This document shows, one piece after another, positions 10,304-18,587 of a stretch of 64,000 nucleotides of DNA. A program made the translations under genes and the position numbers. Every line of letters begins with the position of its first letter. The first letter of the stretch is position 1. The notes under the pieces are model-generated. The model saw only the letters and a list, made by a program, of their open reading frames with translations, had not been told where the DNA came from and made no database searches. The DNA is from Deltaproteobacteria bacterium (GTDB lineage: Bacteria; Myxococcota_A; Polyangia; Polyangiales; Houyiibacteriaceae): positions 64,001 through 128,000 of the forward strand of contig JAXMNT010000018.1 of NCBI GenBank assembly GCA_034670305.1, given 5' to 3'.

Positions 10304-10860
10304 GAGGGGGTGCTTCCGAGTCGAGGGGCCGCGACCGGTTGTTTGCCGGCCAGCCGATGACGTTCGGGGTGCGAGAGGCGCTGGAGGGTCGACGCCCTCA
10401 GCATCCATGCGTGTTTCTCCAGACCGGTGAGCACACCGATCAGCAGGTCGTGGCTCCCGACGTCCATGGGTTCGAGGATCGAGAGGCGATCTCGAATCGC
10501 GGCGGCCGTCATGAGCAGCCGCTCCACCATGAGGTGGGCGGCATCTTCGTCTTGAACGAAGAAGGTGGGCGGTGCGGGCAGGGTCGTCGACGCGCTGATC
10601 TGCTGGGCGGTGCCGATGGGGGCGACGCCCAAGGCGGAGCAGCGCTCCGCGACGTCGTCGCTCCACGCGCGCACATCCGCAACGATCTCATCGAGGTGCA
10701 TGTGCAAGGGGCGGAAGGACGGACCGACGACGGTCCAGTGAAGTTGTTTGCTCTGGAGGGCGACGTCGATGAGCTGCACGAGCGTGGCTTGCAGTTCGGC
10801 CGCGACGGCGTCGCGGTGGGCGTCGGAGAGGGTGGTTTCGAATCGATGGTCGATGATCAT
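10300..10860 (-). CDS. dps: Dps/ferritin-like starvation protein
   Basis: KQLHWTVVGPSFRPLHMHLDE, DDVAER, LEKHAWML; ATG 10860. Confidence 0.9.
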   Translation of the reverse strand: MIIDHRFETTLSDAHRDAVAAELQATLVQLIDVALQSKQLHWTVVGPSFRPLHMHLDEIVADVRAWSDDVAERCSALGVAPIGTAQQISASTTLPAPPTFFVQDEDAAHLMVERLLMTAAAIRDRLSILEPMDVGSHDLLIGVLTGLEKHAWMLRASTLQRLSHPERHRLAGKQPVAAPRLGSTPS

Positions 10861-10872
10861 GCATCGAGGTAG

Positions 10873-10888
10873 TGCAAGCCCTGGTCCA
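10873..10888 (-). promoter_or_regulatory. sigma54 -24/-12 promoter (dps)
   Basis: TGGACCAGGGCTTGCA, 14 nt from the ATG. Confidence 0.65.
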
Positions 10889-11029
10889 CCCACCCAGACC
10901 CGGCGTTTTCGTCGGCCTCCGTGGCGGCTTGCCCCGGGTGGGGCACTCGGTCCGCCGCAGTTGCGGGGAATGCACCCCCTCCGATCACTCGGCGCTTGCT
11001 CCCGCCCCGAAAGCCAGCGAAAGAAGAGG

Positions 11030-12517
11030 ATGATTCCGGTCCTGGAGCTGCCCCTGGCCAACGCGGGAGACGTCTCGTTCGCGCGCGGTCGAGCGTTCCG
11101 ACTGGCGAGCAAACTCGACCTCTCCCCACCGGACAAGACCCGTGTGGCGGTGGTCGCGGGCGAGCTTGCGCAGCGTGGGTTCGAGACCAAGCCAGCGACA
11201 CTCACGCTCGGCATCGACCGAGACGATCTCTGGCTTCAGCTGCGCGTCCCCGGCGGCATCGACTTCGACGAAGAGCTTCTGGGTGCGAGCCAGCTCCTCG
11301 ACGATGCGGCGCACGAGCAGGACACCCTGGTGTTGAAAACGAAGTTGCCGAACCCGCCCGTCTTGACGGATGCGTACGTCGCGGCCCTTCGGATCGAGTT
11401 GCTCGCGAGCGACCCAGGCGACGCGCCGGCGTCGGTCAAACGTCAGAACCGCGAGCTCGTGCTCGCACTCGCGGAGCAGGAGGCGTCTGCCGCCGCACTT
11501 CGGGCCAGCGAAGAACGGCTCAAACTGGCGGTGCGCGCGGCTGGTCTCGGTAGCTGGGAACTCGACGAGGACGAACTCATTCTGTCTCAGCGTGCCGCCA
11601 AACTGCTGGATGTTCAGGGCGACGTCACGCTCGACATGCTGGCGGCGAAGCTCGGTCCGCGAGGGGCAGAGTTGCTCGAAGCGCTCGAGCTGCTGCAGGC
11701 ATCGGGCGAGCCGCTGCACGTGGAGTTCAAGATGCCAAGCGGACGCTGGCTCGCGTTTCACGGGGCGCGGCTGACGAACAAACGAAAGAAACGTCGTCGC
11801 ATCACCGGCGCGGTGCTCGATGTCACCGAACACCGGGAGCGCGAAGAAGAGATGCGCAAGCGGCTCGATTTCGAACGCCAGCTCGTCGGCATCGTCAGCC
11901 ACGACTTGAAGTCCCCCCTCACCGCGATCTCGATGGGCGCGAGCATGCTCGAGGGCGCTGACGACTTCGTCGTCGACCGCATCAAGCACTCGGTGAAGCG
12001 CGCGCAACAGCTCATCTACGACCTGCTCGACTTCACGCACGCCCGGCTCGGCAGCGGCATTCCGATCTCCCCGCAGCGCACCGACATCGCGCAGGTCGTC
12101 GCGACGACCGTGGAACAGATGCAGTTCGCGCACCCAGACCATACGTTCGAACTCTTGCCGTACGGGGCCGTCTTCGCGATGGCCGACGAACCGCGGCTCG
12201 AACAGGTCGTGACGAACCTGCTGGCCAACGCGGTGGAGTACGGTGACTCGAAGCGGCCGATCGTCGTGCGCTGCTTCGAAGAAGACGGGCTGGCCATCGT
12301 CTCGGTGCGCAACGAAGGCGAGCCCATCGACCAGGATCGCGTGCACACCATCTTCGAGCCGCTCGAACGCGACGAGCCCGCCGAGAGCGGTTCGCTCGGG
12401 CTCGGACTCTTCATCGTCGATCAACTCGTGCGTGCGCACGAGGGCGAAGTGGAGGTGCATTCGGGCGAGGACGGAACCGAGTTCCAGGTGCGCCTCCCGC
12501 TGGCAGCGGGCGCCTAG
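11030..12517 (+). CDS. cytoplasmic histidine kinase: RsbT-like N-terminal domain, PAS-like region, HisKA, HATPase
   Basis: N-term DVSFARGRAFRLASKLDLSPPDKTRVAVVAGELAQRG; H-box VSHDLKSPL; NLLANAVEY; GSLGLGLFIV; SD GAGG. Confidence 0.9.
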   Translation: MIPVLELPLANAGDVSFARGRAFRLASKLDLSPPDKTRVAVVAGELAQRGFETKPATLTLGIDRDDLWLQLRVPGGIDFDEELLGASQLLDDAAHEQDTLVLKTKLPNPPVLTDAYVAALRIELLASDPGDAPASVKRQNRELVLALAEQEASAAALRASEERLKLAVRAAGLGSWELDEDELILSQRAAKLLDVQGDVTLDMLAAKLGPRGAELLEALELLQASGEPLHVEFKMPSGRWLAFHGARLTNKRKKRRRITGAVLDVTEHREREEEMRKRLDFERQLVGIVSHDLKSPLTAISMGASMLEGADDFVVDRIKHSVKRAQQLIYDLLDFTHARLGSGIPISPQRTDIAQVVATTVEQMQFAHPDHTFELLPYGAVFAMADEPRLEQVVTNLLANAVEYGDSKRPIVVRCFEEDGLAIVSVRNEGEPIDQDRVHTIFEPLERDEPAESGSLGLGLFIVDQLVRAHEGEVEVHSGEDGTEFQVRLPLAAGA

Positions 12518-12530
12518 AGCGCGGAGAGTT

Positions 12531-13064
12531 TCACCCCTCCGAATCGGCGGTGGCGGCGTGTCGGTACGCGCGCTGCAACAACTCGCGCCCCGCGTGGGTG
12601 GTCTCGAGCGTCGCCAGCCGCGCGGTGTTCAGCGCGAGTTCCAACCAGCGGTCCAGCGCGCTCCGGGTGCTCTCGTGAAGGGAGACGGGCGTCGAGCGGA
12701 GCAAGCGCAGACTGTGGAGTCGACCCTCGAGCTGGGCGTAGGCGCGGGCGAGTTTCCGCACCATGCGGCGGTCGCGGCCGAGGTCGTGGAGGAGTCGAAC
12801 CACGCTGGCGTCGAGACCTCGTTTGTGGGCATGCAAGGGCGCCAGAAACGCGTCCAGCGTGTCCGCACGCGAATCGGGGTCGGATGTGAGCGCAGCTTGC
12901 AAGCGCACGCGGAGCAGGTCCGCCTGCGCCTTCAGGTCGTCCTCCAGCCCCGTGAGATTCAGCATCCCCGCGTCGCGTGTTTCCGCGCACGGGTGCACGC
13001 CGCTGGGCGAATCCTCGGTCCCGTCTTCCTGGGTAGATGATTGCAGTTTGGGTGCTTGTTCCAT
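12531..13064 (-). CDS. hypothetical helical protein
   Basis: ATG 13064 with SD GAAGGA; sigma54-like element upstream. Confidence 0.6.
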   Translation of the reverse strand: MEQAPKLQSSTQEDGTEDSPSGVHPCAETRDAGMLNLTGLEDDLKAQADLLRVRLQAALTSDPDSRADTLDAFLAPLHAHKRGLDASVVRLLHDLGRDRRMVRKLARAYAQLEGRLHSLRLLRSTPVSLHESTRSALDRWLELALNTARLATLETTHAGRELLQRAYRHAATADSEG

Positions 13065-13100
13065 GGTCGTTCCTTCACGTGACGCATCGCGGGAAAGAGG

Positions 13101-13116
13101 TGCAACTCCCGGTCCA
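13101..13116 (-). promoter_or_regulatory. sigma54 -24/-12 promoter
   Basis: TGGACCGGGAGTTGCA. Confidence 0.6.
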
Positions 13117-13236
13117 GCCGGAACACGCCCGACCGCACATGTCACCGGGGCACATCGCCCCGAGCGTGTCGCATCGCCCCCGCGTTCCGACCACGGCCGC
13201 ACGGTTCTGCCTCCTGATCCACCGCGGTCGGCGGGT

Positions 13237-13252
13237 CGGCACGGACTTCGCA
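13237..13252 (+). promoter_or_regulatory. sigma54 -24/-12 promoter
   Basis: CGGCACGGACTTCGCA, 15 nt from ATG 13266. Confidence 0.7.
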
Positions 13253-13265
13253 ATGCACCCTGGTC

Positions 13266-13742
13266 ATGACCAAGACACACAAGACCCTTCTGGTGGCGGC
13301 GTCGCTCTTCTTCGGCGTCGCATGTAGCGAATCGACGGAAGACGCACTCGAGATGACCGCCGCGTCTGCGCGCAACGACCTGGTCGCAACCGGGGTGGCC
13401 GCGCACGAGGTGGTCGAGGAGACCCACGAGGCCGTGGACGACGAAGCCGCCGCCGCGCTCCTCGCGTTGCGGACCGCCGACCAAGCGCTGACGGAACGCG
13501 CCCGCGAGGCCGCCGACCGCCTCCAGGAGACCGACGAAGAAGCCGCCGACGCGCTCCGAGCGGCCGCCGCCGAAGCGGAGGCCGCCAATGTCCGCACGGG
13601 TCAAGCCATCGTGCGCGAGACCCGCGGCGCGGCGGCTGAGATTCGAGCCGAGGCCCGCGCACTCGGCCGCGGTGCCGCCGCCACAGTGCGCGAAGCGGAC
13701 CAAGCCGGCGAACGCGCCGAAGAGGCCGCCGAGCGCGAATGA
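13266..13742 (+). CDS. Ala/Glu-rich helical lipoprotein (LEA/apolipoprotein-like)
   Basis: Lipobox GVAC; hydrophilic repeats. Confidence 0.75.
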   Translation: MTKTHKTLLVAASLFFGVACSESTEDALEMTAASARNDLVATGVAAHEVVEETHEAVDDEAAAALLALRTADQALTERAREAADRLQETDEEAADALRAAAAEAEAANVRTGQAIVRETRGAAAEIRAEARALGRGAAATVREADQAGERAEEAAERE

Positions 13743-13814
13743 CTCGGGCACGCTCCTCCATACATACACTTTTCATTCACTGACTCCCACAGCCCCGTTC
13801 TCGAAAGGAACCCC

Positions 13815-13982
13815 ATGCTTCGCTGGTCCATTACATTTTTCATCCTCGCGTTCGTTGCAGCCGTCTTCGGATTTGGAGGCATCGCAGCCGGCGCGGTCTC
13901 GATCGGCAAGATCCTCTTCGTCGGATTCCTGATCATCGCCATCGCCACCCTCATCATGGGGCGACTGCCCCGCGAAACGTGA
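13815..13982 (+). CDS. DUF1328/UPF0391 (YtjA-like) small membrane protein, 55 aa
   Basis: MLRWSITFFILAFVAAVFGFGGIAAGAVSIGKILFVGFLIIAIATLIMGRLPRET; SD AAAGGAA; too short for the ORF track. Confidence 0.92.
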   Translation: MLRWSITFFILAFVAAVFGFGGIAAGAVSIGKILFVGFLIIAIATLIMGRLPRET

Positions 13983-14104
13983 ACTGAACGCGCTCGCCCC
14001 CAAGCCAGGCGACGGCCGCCTCACCTCCGGGTGGGGCGGCCGTCGCCGTTCTCGTACGCGGTGCTGGTGCGCCCCACCGGCCCTCACTGCCTACCACGCG
14101 AGAT

Positions 14105-14120
14105 TGGCACAGGGTGTGCG
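14105..14120 (+). promoter_or_regulatory. sigma54 -24/-12 promoter
   Basis: TGGCACAGGGTGTGCG, 14 nt from ATG 14133. Confidence 0.7.
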
Positions 14121-14132
14121 TTCAGTGGCGAT

Positions 14133-14888
14133 ATGCCTCCCACGACCCACGGCCATTCATTCGCCACACTTAGGCGCCTTCTTGCGGTGCTGGCGCTCTT
14201 CTCCATCGCGATCCCGGCCGAAGCACAGCGCGACCCCCGCGGCGACGCACCGTCCAACGCCTCCTCGCCCAACGAGGTCGCGCAGCCAGGCGAGCCGATC
14301 GGGGACGACGACATGAACCTCGAGACCGCGACGCCCGATCCCTCTCCGCCGGTTCCGCGGATCCTCCAGCGCGACATGTCCGAGGCTCGCTTGGACGTCA
14401 TCGAACAAGCGGGCGTCGGTGGCCCGACCGCGTATGCCTCTGCTGGCGTGCTCGAAGTCGGCGGCACCGGATCGTTGTTCGCGACCGACGAGTACGTCGG
14501 AGCGCGGCTCGCCCCGTTCGTCGGCTGGTTTCTCTTCGACGGCATCGAGCTCAGCTACATCCACGAGATCTACGGCGGTGCGTTCCAAGGCGAACGGTTC
14601 TTCGGCACCGTGCTCTACATCGAACTCAGCGCGCACCTGCGTTTCGGAGATCGTTTGCTCGGCTTCCTCGGCCTCGCGCCGGGACTTCTCTACAACGGCG
14701 AGGACACCGGCTTCGCGATCAAACCGCGCATGGGCTTCGACGTGCTCGTCGGCCGCTCGGGCATCTTCCGGCCGGACATCTACTTCGTATGGGCCACCGA
14801 TCCACTCATCGTGCCGGTGAACCACCCGGCCGCGCCGAGCGCGCGTTGGGGCTACGGACTCGAGATCAGCTACGCCGCGATGTTCTGA
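14133..14888 (+). CDS. exported protein, probable outer-membrane beta-barrel
   Basis: Signal peptide (AEA-Q), amphipathic strands, terminal Phe. Confidence 0.7.
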   Translation: MPPTTHGHSFATLRRLLAVLALFSIAIPAEAQRDPRGDAPSNASSPNEVAQPGEPIGDDDMNLETATPDPSPPVPRILQRDMSEARLDVIEQAGVGGPTAYASAGVLEVGGTGSLFATDEYVGARLAPFVGWFLFDGIELSYIHEIYGGAFQGERFFGTVLYIELSAHLRFGDRLLGFLGLAPGLLYNGEDTGFAIKPRMGFDVLVGRSGIFRPDIYFVWATDPLIVPVNHPAAPSARWGYGLEISYAAMF

Positions 14889-14964
14889 GCGGCTGTGGCG
14901 TGGCGCTTCGCCCCGCCGTCGCAGGGCCGCCCCAACCCCTGAGTTCAACCATGCACGAAGCCAC

Positions 14965-14980
14965 CGGCACGGCACCTGCA
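14965..14980 (+). promoter_or_regulatory. sigma54 -24/-12 promoter
   Basis: CGGCACGGCACCTGCA, 14 nt from ATG 14993. Confidence 0.7.
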
Positions 14981-14992
14981 CTACCCAACGAC

Positions 14993-15574
14993 ATGAACCT
15001 GATGAACACCCCACTCGCCTGGTTGCTCGTCCTTCCCGCCGCCTGTGCCCATGGTTCGGGCGTCGAGGCCGAGACGACCTCCGCCACCACCCCGTCCGAG
15101 TACGCTGCCGAGGCGGCGTACCCAGAGCCGATCGCCGTCGTCACGACCGGCGTTCGAGACCAGGACGGCGACCCGTCGATGGTTGAAGTCGACGTCTCGC
15201 TCGCTGCCCCCGCGCTCCCTCCGGAACCGGTCGTGAGCCAGGACGTGTGCCCTGAGCCGCTGGTCTACTTTGCGCTCGACTCGGCCGTGCTCGATGCCGA
15301 TGCGCAGCATCGACTCGCGGAGTTCGCCGAGTGCGCCCGTTCGGTGGAAGCAGAGCGCATCCGCGTCTCCGGCCACGCCGACCCGCAGGGCACCGACGCC
15401 TACAACCGCCGCCTCGCCCTCGAGCGCGCACAGCAGGTGGAGCAGCACCTTCGCGACGAGCTCGGTCTGACCGTCCCCATCGAGGTCGCAGCCCACGGCG
15501 AAGACCGCGCCCGCAACCGAGTGCTCTGGCCCAACGACCGTCGCGTCGAGGTCGAGCTCATCGAAGGCAGCTGA
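14993..15574 (+). CDS. OmpA-family peptidoglycan-binding lipoprotein
   Basis: VYFALDSAVL, GHADPQGTDAYNRRLALERA, HGE, DRRVE. Confidence 0.9.
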   Translation: MNLMNTPLAWLLVLPAACAHGSGVEAETTSATTPSEYAAEAAYPEPIAVVTTGVRDQDGDPSMVEVDVSLAAPALPPEPVVSQDVCPEPLVYFALDSAVLDADAQHRLAEFAECARSVEAERIRVSGHADPQGTDAYNRRLALERAQQVEQHLRDELGLTVPIEVAAHGEDRARNRVLWPNDRRVEVELIEGS

Positions 15575-15630
15575 CACCCGCTGCAGTCCCTCCAACCCTT
15601 TCACTCCGAAACCCACCCCCAAGGAACCCC

Positions 15631-15870
15631 ATGAATCAGAAACAAGAACTCAAAGCCCGTGTCACCGCGAAAAAGAAGGAACTCGAAGCCCGGCTGGCCA
15701 CGCTCCGCGCCGACGCAGGAGCGGCTGCCCGCGATGAACGCGCCAAGATCGAGTCGAAGTTGAGCGAGCTCAAGACATCGATGACCGACGGTTGGAACGA
15801 CCTGACCGAAGACGTCTCGGCCAAGCTCAACGGCTGGCTGAAGGACGACAATCCCGACATCAACGCGTGA
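15631..15870 (+). CDS. small coiled-coil stress-type protein (79 aa)
   Basis: SD AAGGAA; MNQKQELKARVTAKKKELEARL...GWNDLTEDVSAKLNGWL. Confidence 0.7.
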   Translation: MNQKQELKARVTAKKKELEARLATLRADAGAAARDERAKIESKLSELKTSMTDGWNDLTEDVSAKLNGWLKDDNPDINA

Positions 15871-15904
15871 CCCGGTGGGTTCTCACCGAACCCATCCCCG
15901 AACA

Positions 15905-15950
15905 AACAAGACGGCGGCCCAGCAGACATCTGTTGGGCCGCCGTCGTTTG
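15905..15950 (+). terminator. strong hairpin, probable terminator
   Basis: GACGGCGGCCCAGCAGA-ca-TCTGTTGGGCCGCCGTC. Confidence 0.65.
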
Positions 15951-16051
15951 GTGGCCAGCGTGCGCTCCGGGCGGCGACTGAGGCGTGGAGGCGATCGTGC
16001 CACACGCGTGGCGTGGCGCCCCACCCGGGTCCGTTTCTCGGTGTTTGAGGC

Positions 16052-16067
16052 CGGTACGGTTGCTGCA
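16052..16067 (+). promoter_or_regulatory. sigma54 -24/-12 promoter
   Basis: CGGTACGGTTGCTGCA, 14 nt from ATG 16080. Confidence 0.65.
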
Positions 16068-16079
16068 AATACCCTCCGC

Positions 16080-16703
16080 ATGAAAATGAACATCACACAC
16101 AAGCCGACTTCGTTCGCTGTGGTGTGCGCTCTGTCCGCCTGTGGGCATTCGACCGCGCCACCAGCGAGCACGACCCCCGAACCCGCACCGCCGCTGAGCG
16201 CCGTGATGGAGACCGAGCCTCTGCAAGAGATCGAAGTCGCCGCGCACACACCGTCGACCGAACGAGACGCCTTGGTGCCGATCGACGAGTCGCGCTGGAC
16301 CGGACGCGAGGCGCTGACGCTCGAAGGCAACGATCTGATCGTCGACCGACTCGCCGTTCGCAGCCTCCCCGACGGAGTCCGCGCGTACCGCGTCTCGACC
16401 CAGCCGGAGACCTTCGAGCTCCGCAACGAAGAGGGGCGCCTCGCGGTCATCGAACGCCAGACCTGGAGCTCGGTCGCACAACCCGGCGCCCACCCCATCG
16501 GTCCGGTGCGGGTGCGCGAACGCGCCGTTCAGCTCGACGACTGGGACGGGGAACGCGCCAACGTGATCCTGCAGCACTGGTCGGACGACATGTACGTCTA
16601 CACGGTGGAGCATCTGCCAGACGCCGCGTGGGTCGGCCTGCAGCTCGACCTCGACCCGACCCTCCGCGCGACCGCGTCTGCCAACAATGAGGTGGCACAG
16701 TGA
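16080..16703 (+). CDS. hypothetical lipoprotein
   Basis: Lipobox LSAC; stop overlaps the mscS GTG. Confidence 0.7.
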   Translation: MKMNITHKPTSFAVVCALSACGHSTAPPASTTPEPAPPLSAVMETEPLQEIEVAAHTPSTERDALVPIDESRWTGREALTLEGNDLIVDRLAVRSLPDGVRAYRVSTQPETFELRNEEGRLAVIERQTWSSVAQPGAHPIGPVRVRERAVQLDDWDGERANVILQHWSDDMYVYTVEHLPDAAWVGLQLDLDPTLRATASANNEVAQ

Positions 16704-17626
16704 AATCGTTCTCAGAACTCTACAACCGCCTCCTCGAAACCCTCAACAGCTGGCTGACCGACGGGGTCGCCTGGGCGCCCCGCCTACTCGTCGCCCTCGT
16801 TGTCCTCGGCATCTTCTGGATGCTCGGCAAGGGCGTGCGCCGCGGCGTGACGAAGGCCCTCGCCCGCACGAAGATGTCGGCCAGCGCCTCCGATCTCTTG
16901 GCACGCGCGGCACACTTCATCGTCATCCTGGCTGGGCTGATGGCCACCCTGAGCGTGCTTCAGCTCGATGAAGCGGTGACCGGCGTGCTCGCGGGTGCCG
17001 GTGTCGTCGGCCTCGCGCTTGGATTCGCCTTTCAAGACCTTGCGTCCAACCTCATCAGCGGCGTCGGGCTCTCGGTTCGCCATCCGTTCCGACAGGGCGA
17101 CATCATCGAATCCAACGGCGTGCTCGGTGTGGCCGAGAGCATCGAACTGCGGGTGACCGTCATCCGCACCCTCGACGGCAAACGCGTCATGGTGCCCAAC
17201 AAGAAGATCTTCCAGGACGTGCTCATCAACCACAGCACCTCCGGCACGAGGCGCGTGGAAGTCGCGTGCGGCGTCTCCTACGACACCGATCTCGACATGG
17301 CGAAGGCGACCGCGCTCGAAGCGCTCGGTCAGCTCGAGTGCCTGATCGACGGACGCGAACCCGAAGTCTTCTTCGGAGAGTTCGGCGACAGCTCGATCAA
17401 CTTCGACGCCCGGGTCTGGATCGCATACGAGAGCCAGCTCGACTACCTCCGCGCGAAGGACGAACTCGTGCGGGCCCTCAAGAAGGCATTCGACGCCAAG
17501 GGCATCGACATCCCGTTCCCGATTCGAACCCTCGAACTCGGCGAGTCCGCCTCCGCCACCATCACCCAGCTCCGCAAACTCGAGAGCCTTGGTGGAGACG
17601 ACGACACGAGCCAAGAAGCCGCCTGA
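16700..17626 (+). CDS. mscS: small-conductance mechanosensitive channel
   Basis: GLALGFAFQDLASNLISG, PFRQGD, VPN, GIDIPFP. Confidence 0.93.
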   Translation: MKSFSELYNRLLETLNSWLTDGVAWAPRLLVALVVLGIFWMLGKGVRRGVTKALARTKMSASASDLLARAAHFIVILAGLMATLSVLQLDEAVTGVLAGAGVVGLALGFAFQDLASNLISGVGLSVRHPFRQGDIIESNGVLGVAESIELRVTVIRTLDGKRVMVPNKKIFQDVLINHSTSGTRRVEVACGVSYDTDLDMAKATALEALGQLECLIDGREPEVFFGEFGDSSINFDARVWIAYESQLDYLRAKDELVRALKKAFDAKGIDIPFPIRTLELGESASATITQLRKLESLGGDDDTSQEAA

Positions 17627-17664
17627 CCCAGGCGCCAACGCACCCCGAAGTGCAACACCCCAGG

Positions 17665-17699
17665 CGGCCGTTCCCGAAAGGGAGCGGCCGTTTTCTTTC
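17665..17699 (+). terminator. intrinsic terminator
   Basis: CGGCCGTTCCC-GAAA-GGGAGCGGCCG followed by TTTTCTTT. Confidence 0.85.
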
Positions 17700-17836
17700 G
17701 TACATGTGGACTCCCGACGGGTGCGGCCATGTGTTCGCCTGTGTGCCGGCACGACAGGCGCACACATGTGGCGAGGCAAGCCGCCTCATTGCGGCAGCTT
17801 GCGTCACCCACCCATCGCGCTCGGGCCGCATTTCGT

Positions 17837-17852
17837 TGGCCCGGTCCGTGCT
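17837..17852 (+). promoter_or_regulatory. sigma54 -24/-12 promoter
   Basis: TGGCCCGGTCCGTGCT, 14 nt from ATG 17865. Confidence 0.6.
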
Positions 17853-17864
17853 TTGTAGGGAGGC

Positions 17865-18518
17865 ATGAAACGACGAACCCTCACTTCACTTCTGTCCGCG
17901 GTCGCCCTGCTCGGCACGTGGGCATTCGCCACCACCGCCCACGCCCAGCGCGACAACGGCCGCATGACGATCCGCGCCGACGTCGGGGTGCTCGGCTACT
18001 CGGAACTCATCGACGAGGACAACCCCGACAACCGGGTCTACGAAGACCTCGACGAGACATTCGGCATGTCCCTCGCTGTCGAGCGCCCCTTCCACCGCTT
18101 CGGCTGGGTGGGCTTTCAGATCGGCGCCCACGGGTGGCGCCCCGAGACCAGCGACGGCTACGAGCTGCGCCGCAACGTGTACGTCGACGCCGACTTCCTC
18201 CCCACCCTGCGCGTCCCCTTTCAGCGTGACCCGCACGGCAGCGCGTTCTACGCCGGCGGCGTCCTCGGCTTCACCGGCGCCTTCCTCCGAGACGAGTACT
18301 CGAACGCCTTCGCCCGCGCCGACCACGGCTTCGGATTGCACGCAGGCCTCCGCGCCGGCGTCGAGATCCTCGTGCACCGTGGCGGCATCGTCGCGGAGTT
18401 CGGCTACGACGTCCGCGTCACCCGCCACCGCGTCGACCGCCCCGTCTTCAACGACGACGCCGTCGCCCTCGTCTTCCGCCAACCCCGCTTCAGCCTAGGC
18501 TTCGTGACCCGCTACTGA
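17865..18518 (+). CDS. exported protein, probable small outer-membrane beta-barrel
   Basis: Signal peptide (AHA-Q), alternating strands, terminal aromatic residue. Confidence 0.7.
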   Translation: MKRRTLTSLLSAVALLGTWAFATTAHAQRDNGRMTIRADVGVLGYSELIDEDNPDNRVYEDLDETFGMSLAVERPFHRFGWVGFQIGAHGWRPETSDGYELRRNVYVDADFLPTLRVPFQRDPHGSAFYAGGVLGFTGAFLRDEYSNAFARADHGFGLHAGLRAGVEILVHRGGIVAEFGYDVRVTRHRVDRPVFNDDAVALVFRQPRFSLGFVTRY

Positions 18519-18587
18519 CCTTCTCCGCGGAATCGATCGAACGATGCGACGCCCCTCCTGTAGAGGCGTCGCATGCTTCGTTCTCGG

